The notes: a model not told the origin generated them from the letters alone. A stretch of DNA of 64,000 bases from Octopus sinensis (GCF_006345805.1 NC_043005.1:31930001-31994000); one strand, 5' to 3'; shown: positions 25,200 to 38,504, counted from the stretch's first letter. Numbers and translations: made by a program.

Positions 25200-26268
25200 G
25201 AAATAAAACTAAATAACGATTTACACACATGATGATCGTTGTCAACTTGTAGATGAGTGTGACCACTACTGACAAAACAATGCTTGTGCAAAATTTTAGG
25301 TCCAATAAGGCTTGCACAACACCACATAGACCCTCTCCCCTCTATTGACATTTTGCAGACACAAGCCAAAGCAAGATATCCAGTGCCAATAGGGATCACA
25401 GGCTCAATAATGTAGGAGTACAATGATCTCGAGTGCCAGCAAAAGATCCCCAAAATGTTCAATGTCATTCCCTGTTCATCTGGTTTTATATCAGAGTGAC
25501 CTTCTCTTAAAGGTATGCTTTCACAAAAGCTGCCTTAACAGTTGGAAGAAGGCTGTCTGGGCCAAATGCTTCTTTTGGCTGTCTCCAGACATATACTTGG
25601 CCAGTGGTCAGAAATAAGGTAAAGGATGACTCGTCCGAGAAAATAACATTCTTCCACAGCACTAGGGACCAATTCTGTAAGTTTTTACTCCACTCTAAAT
25701 GCTTTGCAACATTTGTTTTTGAAAGTAGTGGTTTTCTGATTGCAGCCCTCCCGCTTTGTGCAGCTCCCAGCAAACAGTTTTTGTGGCAACTGGGTTCTCG
25801 AGGTGGTCATTAAAATCTGCAGTAATTTTGGGAGCTGTGCTGTTGTGATCCTTTCTAACAATTTGCATAAGAGTCCGACAGTCCCTATCTAAAAGTTTTG
25901 GTTTTCGTCCAGAGTTTTGTTTCGACAAGGAGGTTTTTTCCTCTTTCTCAAAAGCTCTCATTACTTTCAAGACAGTACTTCTTGATACACCAAACATTTC
26001 AGCTGTTTTTGTTACGTTAGCACCTGCCATATGAGCACCGACAATTTGACCTCTTTGAAAGTCCAATAGATCTGTCATTTTAATGAATTTTACTTACTTT
26101 TTTTTTATGATATCTGAAAAGAAACAGCAATTTTAGCAAAGTATATTAAGCAACACTAATAATAAATCGAAAACATAAAAATAAACAAGCTTTTGACGGT
26201 TTTATAGATATTTCAAAATTATGATGCTATACTGCTAGGTGTTTCCATTATTTTGTCCAACCCCTGTA
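25200..26268 (-). mobile_element. Degenerate Tc1-like transposon
   Basis: MTDLLDFQRGQIVG...GVSRSTV HTH and WKNVIFSDESSF. Terminal TA-CAGGGGTTGGACAAAATAATGGAAACACC at ~26238-26268. Confidence 0.9.
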
Positions 26269-26269
26269 T

Positions 26270-26990
26270 ATAAAAGTAAAATCTTACTGTGGACAAAGCT
26301 GCATGGGATTCGATTATAAATAAAGAGATATAAAATACATCAAGTGAAGGATATCACCAACGAGTGAAAATTACGTAGGCACATGAGCAACAAGTACTGG
26401 ACGAATTACCAAAAAATATACAATAAGAACAGGACATCACCAACAAGTGAAAAATACATAAACACATAATGAGAAATAAGTATGGGACAAAATACCAAGA
26501 GAAGTCTAATCCCTCCTCAGTAGTCGACTGTTAATTACTCCCTATTTTGAGCTTTCAACAACAATATAGGAAAACTTCATAAAATAGCAACATCCAGAAA
26601 TTTTTTGAATATAAAATTTGCAGAGAGTTAGAGCTTCGAACAAACAAACAATAGTGTGGACGTACAGAGTAAACAATTGATGAAAACAAACATTAAGGGC
26701 CGTTAGGCCAAGACGCATTGTAATGGGTAATGTCTGGGAGAAATTTTGAAAGTGTATACAATAAATACAAGAGAAGAAAATAGTAGAAGAGAAAAATGTC
26801 GGAAGGCAAGAAAAAAAGGACGTCCAATTAAGTATGCGTCATGTCCAGAAAAGACAGGGGAGAGGAAAAAATGGTCTGTAGTCATGTGGGAACAAACAGA
26901 CAGAGGACAAGGGGGTGCTTGAAGTAAATAAACAAAAAAAAGCTTGAAACTCACACGACCCCTATTATCAGCAGCTTTATTTACATTTTA
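26270..26990 (-). repeat. Non-coding pLTR-like repeat with internal subrepeats
   Basis: Internal ATCACCAAC(G/A)AGTGAAAA repeats; hammerhead-like motif at 26510-26552. Confidence 0.4.
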
Positions 26991-27138
26991 ATTAATTAAT
27001 ATTATCCCAAGCCACTTCTAGCAAGGCTACGCAACCCCAGTCAAGGCTTGCCCCCACCACCACTAAGGGATGGGAATACCTGCTATAGTAGAAAGCATTA
27101 TATATATATATATATGTTGTTGTTTTCTCTCTGTTTAG

Positions 27139-27258
27139 GTCATTAACAACTATGGTCATGGTGGCTGTGGTCTGACAACTTTCGTTGGTTGTGCAAAAGA
27201 TGTTGTGGCTATGATCAGAGAAGCTGGTGCAGCACCATGGTACAGTGCTAGACTTTAA
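27139..27258 (+). CDS. DAO/DDO: DAO/DDO last coding exon (VINNYGHGGCGLTTFVGCA...WYSARL*) with peroxisomal PTS1
   Basis: ctgtttag acceptor; DAO signature NYGHGG-x-G...G-x-A; TAA stop; C-terminal ARL. Confidence 0.96.
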   Translation, partial: VINNYGHGGCGLTTFVGCAKDVVAMIREAGAAPWYSARL

Positions 27259-27389
27259 TGGTGTGAGTCATGGTTGGATTGTATTGAAACAGCATTGGCA
27301 ATACACACACACATACATATATACACAGGCACACATACACACAAGCACATGTAGATATACACATACATAGACGAACACATATATACGTG

Positions 27390-29252
27390 GACCGTGCCCA
27401 GTCAATTCATCAACGGCAATTTGTCATTGCTTAATGTCCCCAGTCAATTCATCGAGATCATAGGCAAAATGGAAGAATGAATATCCGAATTAAAAAGGTT
27501 TGCTGTATTACATATTTATTTTTTCTTAAAATTTAAGATTGTATGCAATTACTTTTAGAAAAATAATTTTTTGGCTTGGATCATATTTTTCCATGACATT
27601 TTTTATGCGCAGGTTCATATCTCTGTATTTTTTTTTCTTTTGGCTTGGTTCAAAAGATCGCCTGGTACTGGCAAACCTTTCCTCACATTTAATTACATCA
27701 ATAAGTTTCCAAATATTTCAATAACTAATATTCACTGTGCTTTTCAGTGCGCTGTGATAAGCTTCTAAACTATTTTTAGTACAAGCAATCCCTGTCATGC
27801 ATCGATCCCAAACATTCCATATAGGTAATGGAAATGGAGGTTCAAGGCGTCACCTCCTTTGCCCTCTTCCTCTAGATGGTCCTATATGATTATTTTCAAA
27901 ATAGGATACTAATGACTGAGGAATATCATCATCTACAAATTGTTCATATCCATCTACAACATCATCAACCGGCAGGAAGGCAAGGGCAACAAAACACCGC
28001 ATTTTTAGACTGAAACTGTCATCTTCGTAATATCTACATTTTAGTTCTTCTTGCACAACATGCTTAAACACATTTGCACTTTTTTTTTTTTTTTGCTCAG
28101 GTCAAACACTTTAGTTTGACCCACATTTTGTCCTAAATGAAATAAGCAGCATGCCAAATTCAACCCAGGAAACGAGTCCAGAAATTCGTTATGAGCTGCT
28201 TTTTCGAAATCCATAATTACATTATCAGGACATTCATTCTGCAGTAATTCATTTATTTTGGCAAAACTTCTATATACGTGTCTTGACTTTTGTCGGAGAG
28301 CAATACGTACAATCGTGAGGCATTGAAATTGTCAGTTTGGATGTGAAGTATATACAACTGAAAAAATACACTAGAGCAACACTTAAATGTTCCATTTGCC
28401 GCCCAGTTCTTGCGCTGTTTTAACTGTCGAAGTGCTTCAACACTTGGAAATATTAGTATTCGTTTTGAATCTTCCCTCCCGCTGTCATACTGTAAAAACA
28501 TTTCATCATTGTCAAGGTAGGAGTATTCATTTGGAATGGAAAACCCAACATTTGTAAGTGGGGTGGCAGGAGAATTAGAATCAACTTGCCTCCAACGTCT
28601 AATATTCATATTAAGCTGTGCAAACGGATGTATTAGCAACAATGTACAGTCATTTAAATTCTGAACTTCACAAACAATAATTGAGCAAGGAGCATCGTGA
28701 GATGAAATAGACTTTACTTTAATATTTGTAACTATTATCCTTGCATTTACCTCTGCAGCAGTTAAAGCATAGATCCCAATCTTCTTAAACTCCTTATAAT
28801 TTTCATCTGTATGAAGTCTCACCTTGCACACACAATTTTTGCACCTCTAGTATTATCTTCAATCCATCTGCCTTCCGCTTATTTTTTGCATACATATAAT
28901 TTTCTTGATCAACCACTTTAATTTTTTCCTTTCTCTGAAGTTATGATCCTGCAGGTAGCCATGTTGATGGGTAGATGTATTGAATAAATTTAATTCAATT
29001 TACTTGAAAATCTTTGTTCATAAACTATTCAGCGCAGATACTTGAGAGAGAGAGGCAGGGTTAAAGAAAGGAAAACAAAATATCTAAAACTGTCCAACGA
29101 CAATTTTAATTCTAAATTGATTGTTCTAAACTTTCCCTCAAAAATAACATTTAAGAATCTTTTGAGACAAATTGGCCAGTGACGAATTGATCAACGACAA
29201 ATTGACAAATTAACCAGCGACGAAGTAACCGGGGACGAATTGTCCTAGCACC
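27390..29252 (-). mobile_element. Degenerate MULE (Mutator-like) transposon with FLYWCH-like N-terminus
   Basis: FLQYDSG..SKRILIF..W..NGTFKC..FFQLYILH and ALAFLPVDDV..SYFENNHIG. Subterminal GACAAATTG/CAATTTGTC repeats are inverted at the two ends. Confidence 0.85.
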
Positions 29253-30737
29253 TACATCGACACACATATACATAACACACACATGCGCTGATGACTAGAT
29301 ATACACATATACTCACAAATATTTAGTTACCTTAACACAATTTCCAAACAATTAATTTCATTTTTAAAGACAAAAAAAAAAGACTTAGTGTTTACATTTT
29401 TTTTCATGCAATTCAAAAAATCTAATTACAAATTATCAATAAGTTACTTATTCCTGAATCTGTATATTTAGTACTGATCTGGATTTAAACTCTGGAACTA
29501 AATTTCTGACCTAAGAATGGTAACAAAGCTAAAACTTTGATAAATTTCAATTGAAATAGTATTATATTTCTAACTTTTTAGTAGTTGTGAGAAAATGGAC
29601 CATGATGTTGGGGTGCAGCTGATATATTGAAACTCTAAAAGAGGTAATTACAGCAGTGGATTAGCAGAATCGTTAGAGCAATAGAAAAATGGTTTGTGGT
29701 GTTACTTGAGGTTTTTTAGGTTCTGCATTCAAAACTTGCCACGGTTGACTTTACTTATCATTCCTCCAGAGTCTATAAAATAAAGTACTAATGAAGTACT
29801 GGGGGTTGATGCTACTGACTAACACCCTCCCCTCAAAATTGCAAGCCTTCTGCTTAAAATTGAAAGTATTAAAAACTGATAATTTCATTAATTTTGTAAC
29901 ACTTGATTTTGTTGTAATGAATTCTCTGAATAAATAAACAATATATTGCATTCAAATACTGACTGCCTTGTAATTGTTACTGTTGTTGTTATTGCTGCTT
30001 AGCCCCAGGTCATCCCTAATCAAGCAGATCTACAATTAAAGAAATTACATGGCTTTTGTCCTTGTTTTTATTGGGGTTTTTTCCAGAATTAAGTTATCTA
30101 ATGTATCCTTTTTTTTAAGATAATGCAATGTGATTTGAGGTAGATTTGATAGCTATTTCTAGCATGGTGAGTAGCTATATATAAGCTCCTGTATTTAACT
30201 ATGTTGTCTTCCATGAAACATGAATTGAATGCATATAACGCATTGAAAAGCTATTTGCATTCTACACTGCAACACTATATCCAAAACATACAGAAATAAT
30301 AAAAGAATCATATGAGATAATGGAGGAAAAATAATAAAGATATGTATAAGGAAAAGCATTACACAAAAGATATGTATAAGGAAAAGCATTACACAAAATA
30401 TATTTGCAAACGTCCAATGATATATCATCTTATAAGAAGGGAAAGTTACCAAAATCAAAATAGACAAACTCATACTGTAAATAATCAACGAAATAAAAAA
30501 AAACACACATACACTACAGGGTGGATACCCAACAGAAGAACACAACTTGCATTACACATACAACACACAATACAAACACTAATACAACAAAAGACTCAAG
30601 CCAAATCCCATAACAAAACATACTAATGTAGCACAATACCAGGAAGATTTCGTACCTCCCCAATAACAACAAAAAACACACACACACACAATGCTGCACA
30701 CACCTCAGCAATACAAATTGTAGTATGTAATGCAGTA

Positions 30738-30793
30738 GAAATTTACCTGAAACTATCAAATTTCAAATGATTTGATAGTTTCAGGTAAATTTC
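30738..30793. repeat. Perfect 24-bp inverted repeat with 8-nt loop
   Basis: GAAATTTACCTGAAACTATCAAAT-ttcaaatg-ATTTGATAGTTTCAGGTAAATTTC. Confidence 0.9.
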
Positions 30794-30899
30794 AAATGAT
30801 GTTGATGATGATGATAGTGATAATAAGAGGGGAAAAAAGCATCAGATGCATGATGATGCTCTCACGATAAACACACACACACGCATGAACATTACATGA

Positions 30900-33610
30900 G
30901 TTAATACATAAGCTCAAGTGATAACAGCATAAATGAGGCTGGACCTTTAAGGAAAGACCTCTCACTCAGTAGTGGTACAGTACAGATGCAGACTGACCTG
31001 TCATTATTCCAATACAGCATCAGCACATAATAGAGTAATGAGGAAGAAATGAACAAGTGAAGAGAACAGGGTAGCGATGCAGTACTACTCAGAAAGTGAA
31101 CCCAAAGTAAGAGGTTACAGAAAATGTATGTTAGCATTTTGATTAAAGAAAGGTATGTTTGATGTAACAGAGCGCAGGTTAATACTATTTGGAGAAATAC
31201 GTAGATGACAGAATTAAAGGTACAAGATATTGCAAGACAATTTAAAAAATGAATCATTGGGCAATAAACTGCACTTGCAAAGACTTGTTGAGTCAAGTGA
31301 AGTCACTGTAATGGCTGGTGACTGTACCACCTGATTGACACCCATGCCGGTGCACATAAAAAGCACCATTCAAGCATGGTCAATGCCAGTACCGCCTGAC
31401 TGGGCCTCATGCCAGTGGCACGTAAACAGCACCCATTACACTCTCGGAGTGGTTGGTATTAGGAAGGGCATCCAGCTGTAGAAACTTTGCCAGATCAGAT
31501 TGGAGCCTGGTACAGCCTTCTGGCTTGCCAGCCTTCAATCAAACCATCCAACCCATGCCAGCATGGAAAGTGGACGTTAAACAATGATGATGATGATGAT
31601 GACTACCAATCAGGAAGGGAAAACTAACACCAGCATCTTAAATGAGGAAGATCAGAAGATTTTAGATGAATTGAAGGGAGTAATGAGTAAAGAAAAAAGA
31701 AAATGACTACAAACATTAAAAAGTGTTTAATAGAAGGGAGTTGCAAAAAAACAGATTCTGTTATCAGTAGAATTGATACTAGAAATATGGGTAACACTAA
31801 CTTATTGATGTATGCAGGAAGAGTAGTAGTTACTAGCAGACTATGTATTGCACAAGGAAAGAATTGGAAGGAACAGATGTGAAAATGGAGTTTAGAAAAA
31901 AAAGATTTGAATAGAATAGAAGCCTGGAAAGAGAACGAGTTTAGAAACACATGATCTAAATCTTCTCTTGAGAAAAAATGCTTAGCCAAAGAGAAAAGAT
32001 TTGGGATAGTCATGGAAGAGCTGAAAATGCATGTTATATCAAAAGCAAGTAAGCTTTCCAGATATCAGGAAAGAATAGACCAGTAAGAAGAAAGCACTGA
32101 AAATGGGAAACCTAATGCAGAAGAAGCTAGAGAGTTCTGGAGTGATATTTGGGATAAGTCAGTAAATTAAAATGGGGATGCATTTAAAGATAGTGAAAGA
32201 ATAAGCAGTTAGTGAGAAGCAGCCAGATCTAAAACTAAATAATGCATTAATGAGTAAAGTGTTAGGAAGAATTCTGAATTGGAAGAGCCCAGAGCCAGAT
32301 TTAGTTCCAAGGATACTGGTTAAAGAAATTTAGTAGCTTATATGAGAGACTGAAGGAACAACTTCAGGATTGCCTGGATGGAAGAGTAATACCAGATTGG
32401 ATGACTAGATGGGGAACAGTATACCTTGTGAAAGACAAAAGCAAGAGCAATATAGCTAGCAGTTATAAACCAATCACTTGCTTACCATTAGTGTGGAATT
32501 TGTTAATAGGAAAGCATTTATGATCACATTGACAGCCAGAATTTACTTCTGGAAGAACAAAAAGTTTGCAGGAAGAAGGCTAGAGGAATGCATGATCGAT
32601 TATATATAGACAAAGCAGTTCTAAATTAAGTGATAACTAGAAAGAAAAATTTAACAATAGTATGGACAGATTATAAGAAAGCCTATGACATGATTCCACA
32701 CTCATGAGTATGTGAACGTTCAATTATATTCAGTATTGTAGACAACATAAGAAATCTAATTAGCTATAGCATGAAGAAATGGAAAGTAGATCTTTACTCA
32801 TGTGATACAGCCTTAGGAAAAGTTAAAAAGGAAATAATGAGTCTCCCTGGAAAGAATTTTCCAAGGAGACTCATTAATCGCTTCAATATTTGTTATATGT
32901 TTAATCACCATCAGTTTAGTATTAAGAAAGGCAAAGGCAGATGATTGAAGATTTTTAGTAAGAATAAAAAAGAGATTCTTTACTTCAAACTGTAAGACTC
33001 TTCAGCAAAGATACAGGTATGGAATATGGCATAGATAAGTGCACAATATTAGTCATAAAAAACGTACAGGTAAATCAAAGGAAGAAAGTGTTAAACATGT
33101 AGTTAGTGAATGTAGTGTACTGGCACAGAAGGATTACAAGAAAAGACATGACAACCCATAGTGAATAAACTACTAGTAAAAAGCTAGGATTTGACCATAC
33201 TGATAAGTGGTGTGAACATGACCTTGTAAAGTGCTAAGAAGAAAGAAATATAAGATGTGTGATTTTAACATTCAGACTGATAGAGTAATAGAAGCTAGAA
33301 GGCTTGATTTAGTATTAGTGGACAAAGAGAATAGAAAGTGCCAGGTAATTGACTTTACAGTCCCAAATGATATGAAAGTTAATATGAAAGAAAACATCAA
33401 AGTACCAGGACCTAGCCATTGAGTTTCAAAGGCTATGGAAATGGTGTGTAAATTGTATCCCTGTAGTTATAAGTGCATTAGGAACTATACCTAAAGATTT
33501 GAACTGATGGATAGGGGAAATAGATATAAAACCTGGTTTAATACACCTCTAGAAAACAGTATTATTAGGACAGCTATGATTCTTAGGAAGGTTCTTGGCA
33601 TCTAAGGTTA
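30900..33610 (+). mobile_element. Degenerate R4/Dong-clade non-LTR retrotransposon (RT and restriction-like endonuclease), interrupted by a SINE/RTE tail at ~31300-31600
   Basis: NWKSPEPD..QGYWLKKF, YKPITCLP, WTDYKKAYDMIPH, FQGDS, ESVKHVVSEC..YKKRHD, DFNIQTDRVIEARRLDLVLVDK..CQVIDF. Confidence 0.85.
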
Positions 33611-33699
33611 CTTGTTGTAAGCCAATGTTACAAATTTTTTTAGAACAGTCTACTCTGTTGATGATAATAATAATAACAATAATGAGCAATAAGGAAGAA

Positions 33700-34770
33700 A
33701 GGATGGCTAACAGTATTAGAGCTCGATGAGATTAGGAAGAGGGTGATGATCGAAAACATGGGGAGTGATGTAGAAGTAGATACAGAGAATGTTGACAATG
33801 CTGCACTTAATGAGAGTACCCGGGAGTAGTATAATGTCTGAAGCCCTGAGTGTAGAGAAGGAATAAATAATGAAGACAAAGGAGAATGATCAAAGACGTT
33901 ACTAGTATCATTGAAGAAAACCTGGACATAGAAATAAATGGATTCAGGAAAGTAGATATAAATTTGCCCAGGGGGTTAAATTTTCAGGTGAATAAAATAC
34001 TGAAAGAAATTAAGACATGATATAACAGGAACAAATAGATTGATTAAAGCCTCCATCATCTATTTAGGAAATAAAGTGGGCCTCGAACCAAACTGTAAGT
34101 GTAGCAATGAAGGAAAGGAACCTTGGTGGAAAAGAAGTATAAAACAATCAATGAACGAACTACAAAAACATATCAACATCTTGGAAAGAAAGAAAAAAGG
34201 TGAAATCAAGAGGGAGGAAAGATATAAGGAACAAGAACATAGATATAGGATAAAGAAAAGGGGGCTAAATGTAGATGAAACAAAGATTGCAGTCTAAAAC
34301 AACAAAGATCAAGAGATATGGCCTAAGAATTGAAGAATATAAAATCAACAGATTGTTCCAACAAGACCAGAAAAGGGTTTATCAACAGCTGAATGGAAAG
34401 GTTAACAGCAATGAGAGACCAGATGCTGAAGAAAGTAGAAGGTTTTGGTGTAACACCAGGGATAATGGAAGAAAGCTTAACAAAGATGCTTAACAAAGAA
34501 TTATTTCACCTATAGTCAGTCACTTTGGGCTCCGCACCCCATTGTTGAGCATTTTATCCATTTGCATGGCTATTCTTCTGTGAAGCGCTGGGAAATTTTT
34601 AAGCCAATATCCTTGTACCCCATCTGGGTCTGGGTATTTCCAGTTTGGGATCTTTGTTGTCTCTTCGGTTACCATTTCAGTCGTTATTCTAATATTACTG
34701 TTTCACTTCATATTTTTCCAATCTTAATAGTTGAAAGAATTAAGACCTCAGCAGGATTTACTAAATATAT
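33700..34770 (+). mobile_element. Second R4/Dong fragment with an internal inverted segment
   Basis: EPWWKRSI and INRLFQQDQKRVY on +; PNWKYPDPDGVQGYWLKNF on - at ~34500-34720. Confidence 0.75.
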
Positions 34771-34889
34771 CCTTGTCACAAAATTTAAATAGGGTAAATG
34801 AAGAGATAGAGAAAGGGAAAGAGAGAGGAAGGAAGAAGAGTGAGGAGGATGGTGAGAGAAAGAGAGAAGGAGAGAAAGAAAGTAATGGA

Positions 34890-35480
34890 AGACCGTATTG
34901 TGAAACGAATTCCCATAACCTGTTGCGTAATTGGGAGTTATCTCCCATTAGTCGCTATATTTTCTAATTGTTTTACTAGAAATATTCTTGAATAACATCT
35001 TTTATTATGAGAAAACATGCACGACGTATTTCAGGAAAAGCTTTCGGGCAACTTTAACCGAGTAGGATTAAGTTGGGGTCTTTTTTTTTTTGTTTTGAGG
35101 AATTTTGTTATTTTTTAAATTCAGTATATATTTTAATGTTGATTTTATTCCTGCTCAGTGGTTAGAATTCAAATCGAACTACACAAATCTGTTTCCTCAT
35201 GGACAACATTCTCTCAGAATCGAAGCGGGGCAATCCTTTGGTATTGGTACGGTCGAGAGTCACCAATTTGTAACGGCTGTATTACGATATCTGTTGGAGT
35301 CGGCAGTTAGCGATTGTAATGAGTGTTGCTGTTGCAGATGTTCAAGATGAAAGAAGAACAGTGATCGAAGTCGGAAAGAAATATTTCTTTACCGTTACTT
35401 TGTATATATCCAAAACCACGACGGTTTGGTATGTATAATTAGTTAGTGGAAAAGCATGCGAGGGAAAAAAAGAGTTAATT
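34890..35480. promoter_or_regulatory. CpG-retaining unique region, possible promoter or first exon
   Basis: Many CpGs in non-repetitive sequence against a CpG-poor background; contains an ATG-to-donor segment. Confidence 0.3.
35319..35428 (+). CDS. Candidate first coding exon (MSVAVADVQDERRTVIEVGKKYFFTVTLYISKTTTV-), product unknown
   Basis: ATG at 35319, open frame, TG|gtatgt donor. No downstream exon identified. Confidence 0.3.
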
Positions 35481-35694
35481 TCGGCCTGTATGTGTATACA
35501 CGTTTTTATTGTAGCTAGTAAACTATAGATAGTGTTAGATAGAGAAAAGAAATTGAGCTAGTTAAAGTTATAGGGAAGTTGTCTCATAGTTGTAACCTTC
35601 TTTCTCCCTCTGGCCGTTTGGTCTCAAGTGGCTGCCTGCTTGCGACCATGACTCTGATTCCCCGTTCATTAACTCATGGTCGCTCTCCTTAAGT

Positions 35695-37820
35695 AATTTA
35701 TTTTATTTGCCAATACATGGCTAATATAGAAGGGATAACACAAGGACAAAACAAAAACATTTAGGGACTGGGGTTATACATTGGTTAGTCTGAGTTATGG
35801 ACGTCACCTTACTTGTGACCTCGCTCCAGATTTTCTTCATCTGAAGCTCCAGTCCAAACCGGACCCCGAGCAGTTTAACCGGCCCTCCATCCAACGTCTC
35901 ACGCCGTATCCTGAGATAAAGTTGCTCATCTCAATTCTCCTTCCAGTATAGCTACTACGCAGAAAAAGGACACCTTCTTTTCCTCATTAAAGGAGGGAGG
36001 CGGTACAATCTTGGTGAGAGACTCAATCGATAACCGTACTCTTTCCGTTTCCGACGTCAGTAGTTCAACATAGGTTATCAGTTTCTCACAATGTACGAAG
36101 GTGTGCAAGACAGTTTCACTGACATGCTTACATCTCAGGCATGTAGCGGAGGTAAAAACACCATACCATGACAAACTTTCTCGAACTGGCAAGGCCGATA
36201 AGTAACACAACCAGAATAGGGATTTCTGAAGTTGTTCAGATAACTCGGCCCGAATATTCTTCCAAGCAGGTTGACAAGCTCTTCCCCATCGAAGCCTAGA
36301 GTCTCCCCGAGGACGTCGTCGGACATGTGCTCTACCAACCCGCTAAAAAAAAATCCGCAGTGGTAGCCCCGTTGCCGGTATTGCTCGTCCGGGAGAACAG
36401 AGCGAGTGCTTGTCTGCACTCCCTCTGCCATTCGCCCATTTTGGGCCTCCGCCTGATCCATGTGCCTATGGCCCGCAGAGACGTAGATTGTGGCAGGAAG
36501 AACTTGACATGTGGTGACCACACCCGTTTTCCATCTCAGCCTCAGCGCATACTTGCGCATCATCAGCCAAGGCATCCCTTACACTTAAACGGTTTCTGGC
36601 AGTAGACGGAGCGACTCACAAGTGGTGGTTTCCCACTCCACAAAATGCAGAAAAGGATCCGTTCCAGCTTGGTCAAGACACAACGCTTAGGCGATAGATT
36701 ATCACAGATGCTATAAACACCTGTGCACCCTCGCCCCTCACTAGCAAGGATAACGTCCTCCCAGACCAGGTCTGGGTTATGGCCGTCACCTTGCTTGTGA
36801 TCTCGCTCCAGTTTTTCTTCATCTGGAGATCCAGTCCAAACAAGACCCCGAGCAGTTCAACCAGACCCTCCGTCCAACGTCCCACAACGCTATTAAGAGG
36901 CATGGATTTGCCCCTCCCGGTGCCGAGTTGCAAGCCGACTAATTTTTCCTGGTTAACTTTTGCTCCTGTCACCACTTCGTATTTTTTAATGGCGTCTTCT
37001 ACACGTCGCTCCTCTACCATAACATAGATCACGCGGGTCTTCTCCCATGACCTCCAACCTCCACATCAGTGGCTCAAGAGCTAATACATACAGAAGCGGA
37101 GACAAGGAGCAGCCCTAGCGAACTGAGCAATCGATCGCAGACGGCTTTGAGAAGAAACCGTTCACCCAGACGACTGAGTCGATGTCGCTATACATAGCAC
37201 TGATCCATCTACGGAAAGACGAGCCCAGTCCGACCACCCGGAGGGCTGCTGCCCGATATCGATGGTCAACCCTATCGAATGCCTTAGACTGGTCTAAATT
37301 CACCAATGCCCCACCTTTGCCAGAAATTTTGCCCACCCAACCTACAGTGTAGCGTATGAGGTGACGTTTGTCGTGTATTTGTCTTACTTAGGGTGGCACA
37401 TGTCTGTGCCTCTCCCACCAGATTGCCAACGACAAGCCTCACTCTCTTGGCTAACACCTTAGCCAAAATCTTTAACTCCGTGTTTAGCAGAGTTATGGGT
37501 CTAAAATTACTAATCTCATTCCCCTTTCTCGGCTCCTTCCTGATCAGTGTTACTACTCCTCAGCTCACAGATTTGGGAATTCTCCCGTTCTGCTGCCACC
37601 TTGCGTATACACCGGCCAGTATGTTCCCGAACAAGTCTAGCATACTCTTATAAAATTCATAAGGAAGATTATCCAGTCCCGGCAACTTGTCCCCGGGGCA
37701 CTGCCAAAGCACCTCTATGACCTCTGCAGCTGTGATCGGCCCTTCATAGCACCACGCCTTACATGCTGAGAGACACAGGCCGCCGACCAGGAAATCCCGA
37801 AGGACATCCCCATGGTCTAG
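35695..37820 (-). mobile_element. Degenerate Tx1/L1-clade LINE (RT and Zn finger)
   Basis: PGLDNLPYEFY, ALVNLDQSKAFDRVDH, CLRC..SETVLHTFVHC. Same family as 2727-5880. Confidence 0.85.
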
Positions 37821-38174
37821 CATCCAAAAAATATAAAGCAAAACCTAATCACTTGTAACATTTTGTTCCTTCTAAACTAAATCATATTTAATTAGTCATT
37901 CCCAACATGTTTGATTATCTCCCTTATACCGGAAAAATCCCTGAATACCTTCCCCTGCCTGGAACTCCATATTTCACAACAGTGAAGACATGACACGATG
38001 TAGGTAAAGAAATTTGAGAAATTGGAAAAGAAAATACGAAACCGGTTATTTCTCCAAAAACTATGTTACTACACGCGAAATTTTATAACATTTTTCTAAC
38101 ATAACGATTTAAATATATTCTTTAACCATATAACACAAGTCTTCTGTAATTTTTTCACTCTTTTTTTATTTTAC

Positions 38175-38313
<139 letters not shown>

Positions 38314-38451
38314 CTAGCAGAGATACCCGGTTTTGCTTGGGATTAAAATAGCATAGTTTTTTTTATTGTTTTACTTGTTTCGGTCATGTGACTGCGGCCA
38401 TGCTGGAGCACCTTCGTTGATCAAACAAATTAACCACATGATTTATTCTTT

Positions 38452-38504
<53 letters not shown>

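Noticed and set aside
30336-30398. 30-bp tandem duplication (also 41-bp x2 at ~12958-13040)
   Set aside because: Ordinary slippage duplications; no spacers, not CRISPR-like.
30901-31296. 131-aa hydrophobic minus-strand ORF
   Set aside because: Antisense to the purine-rich 5' part of the R4 element.
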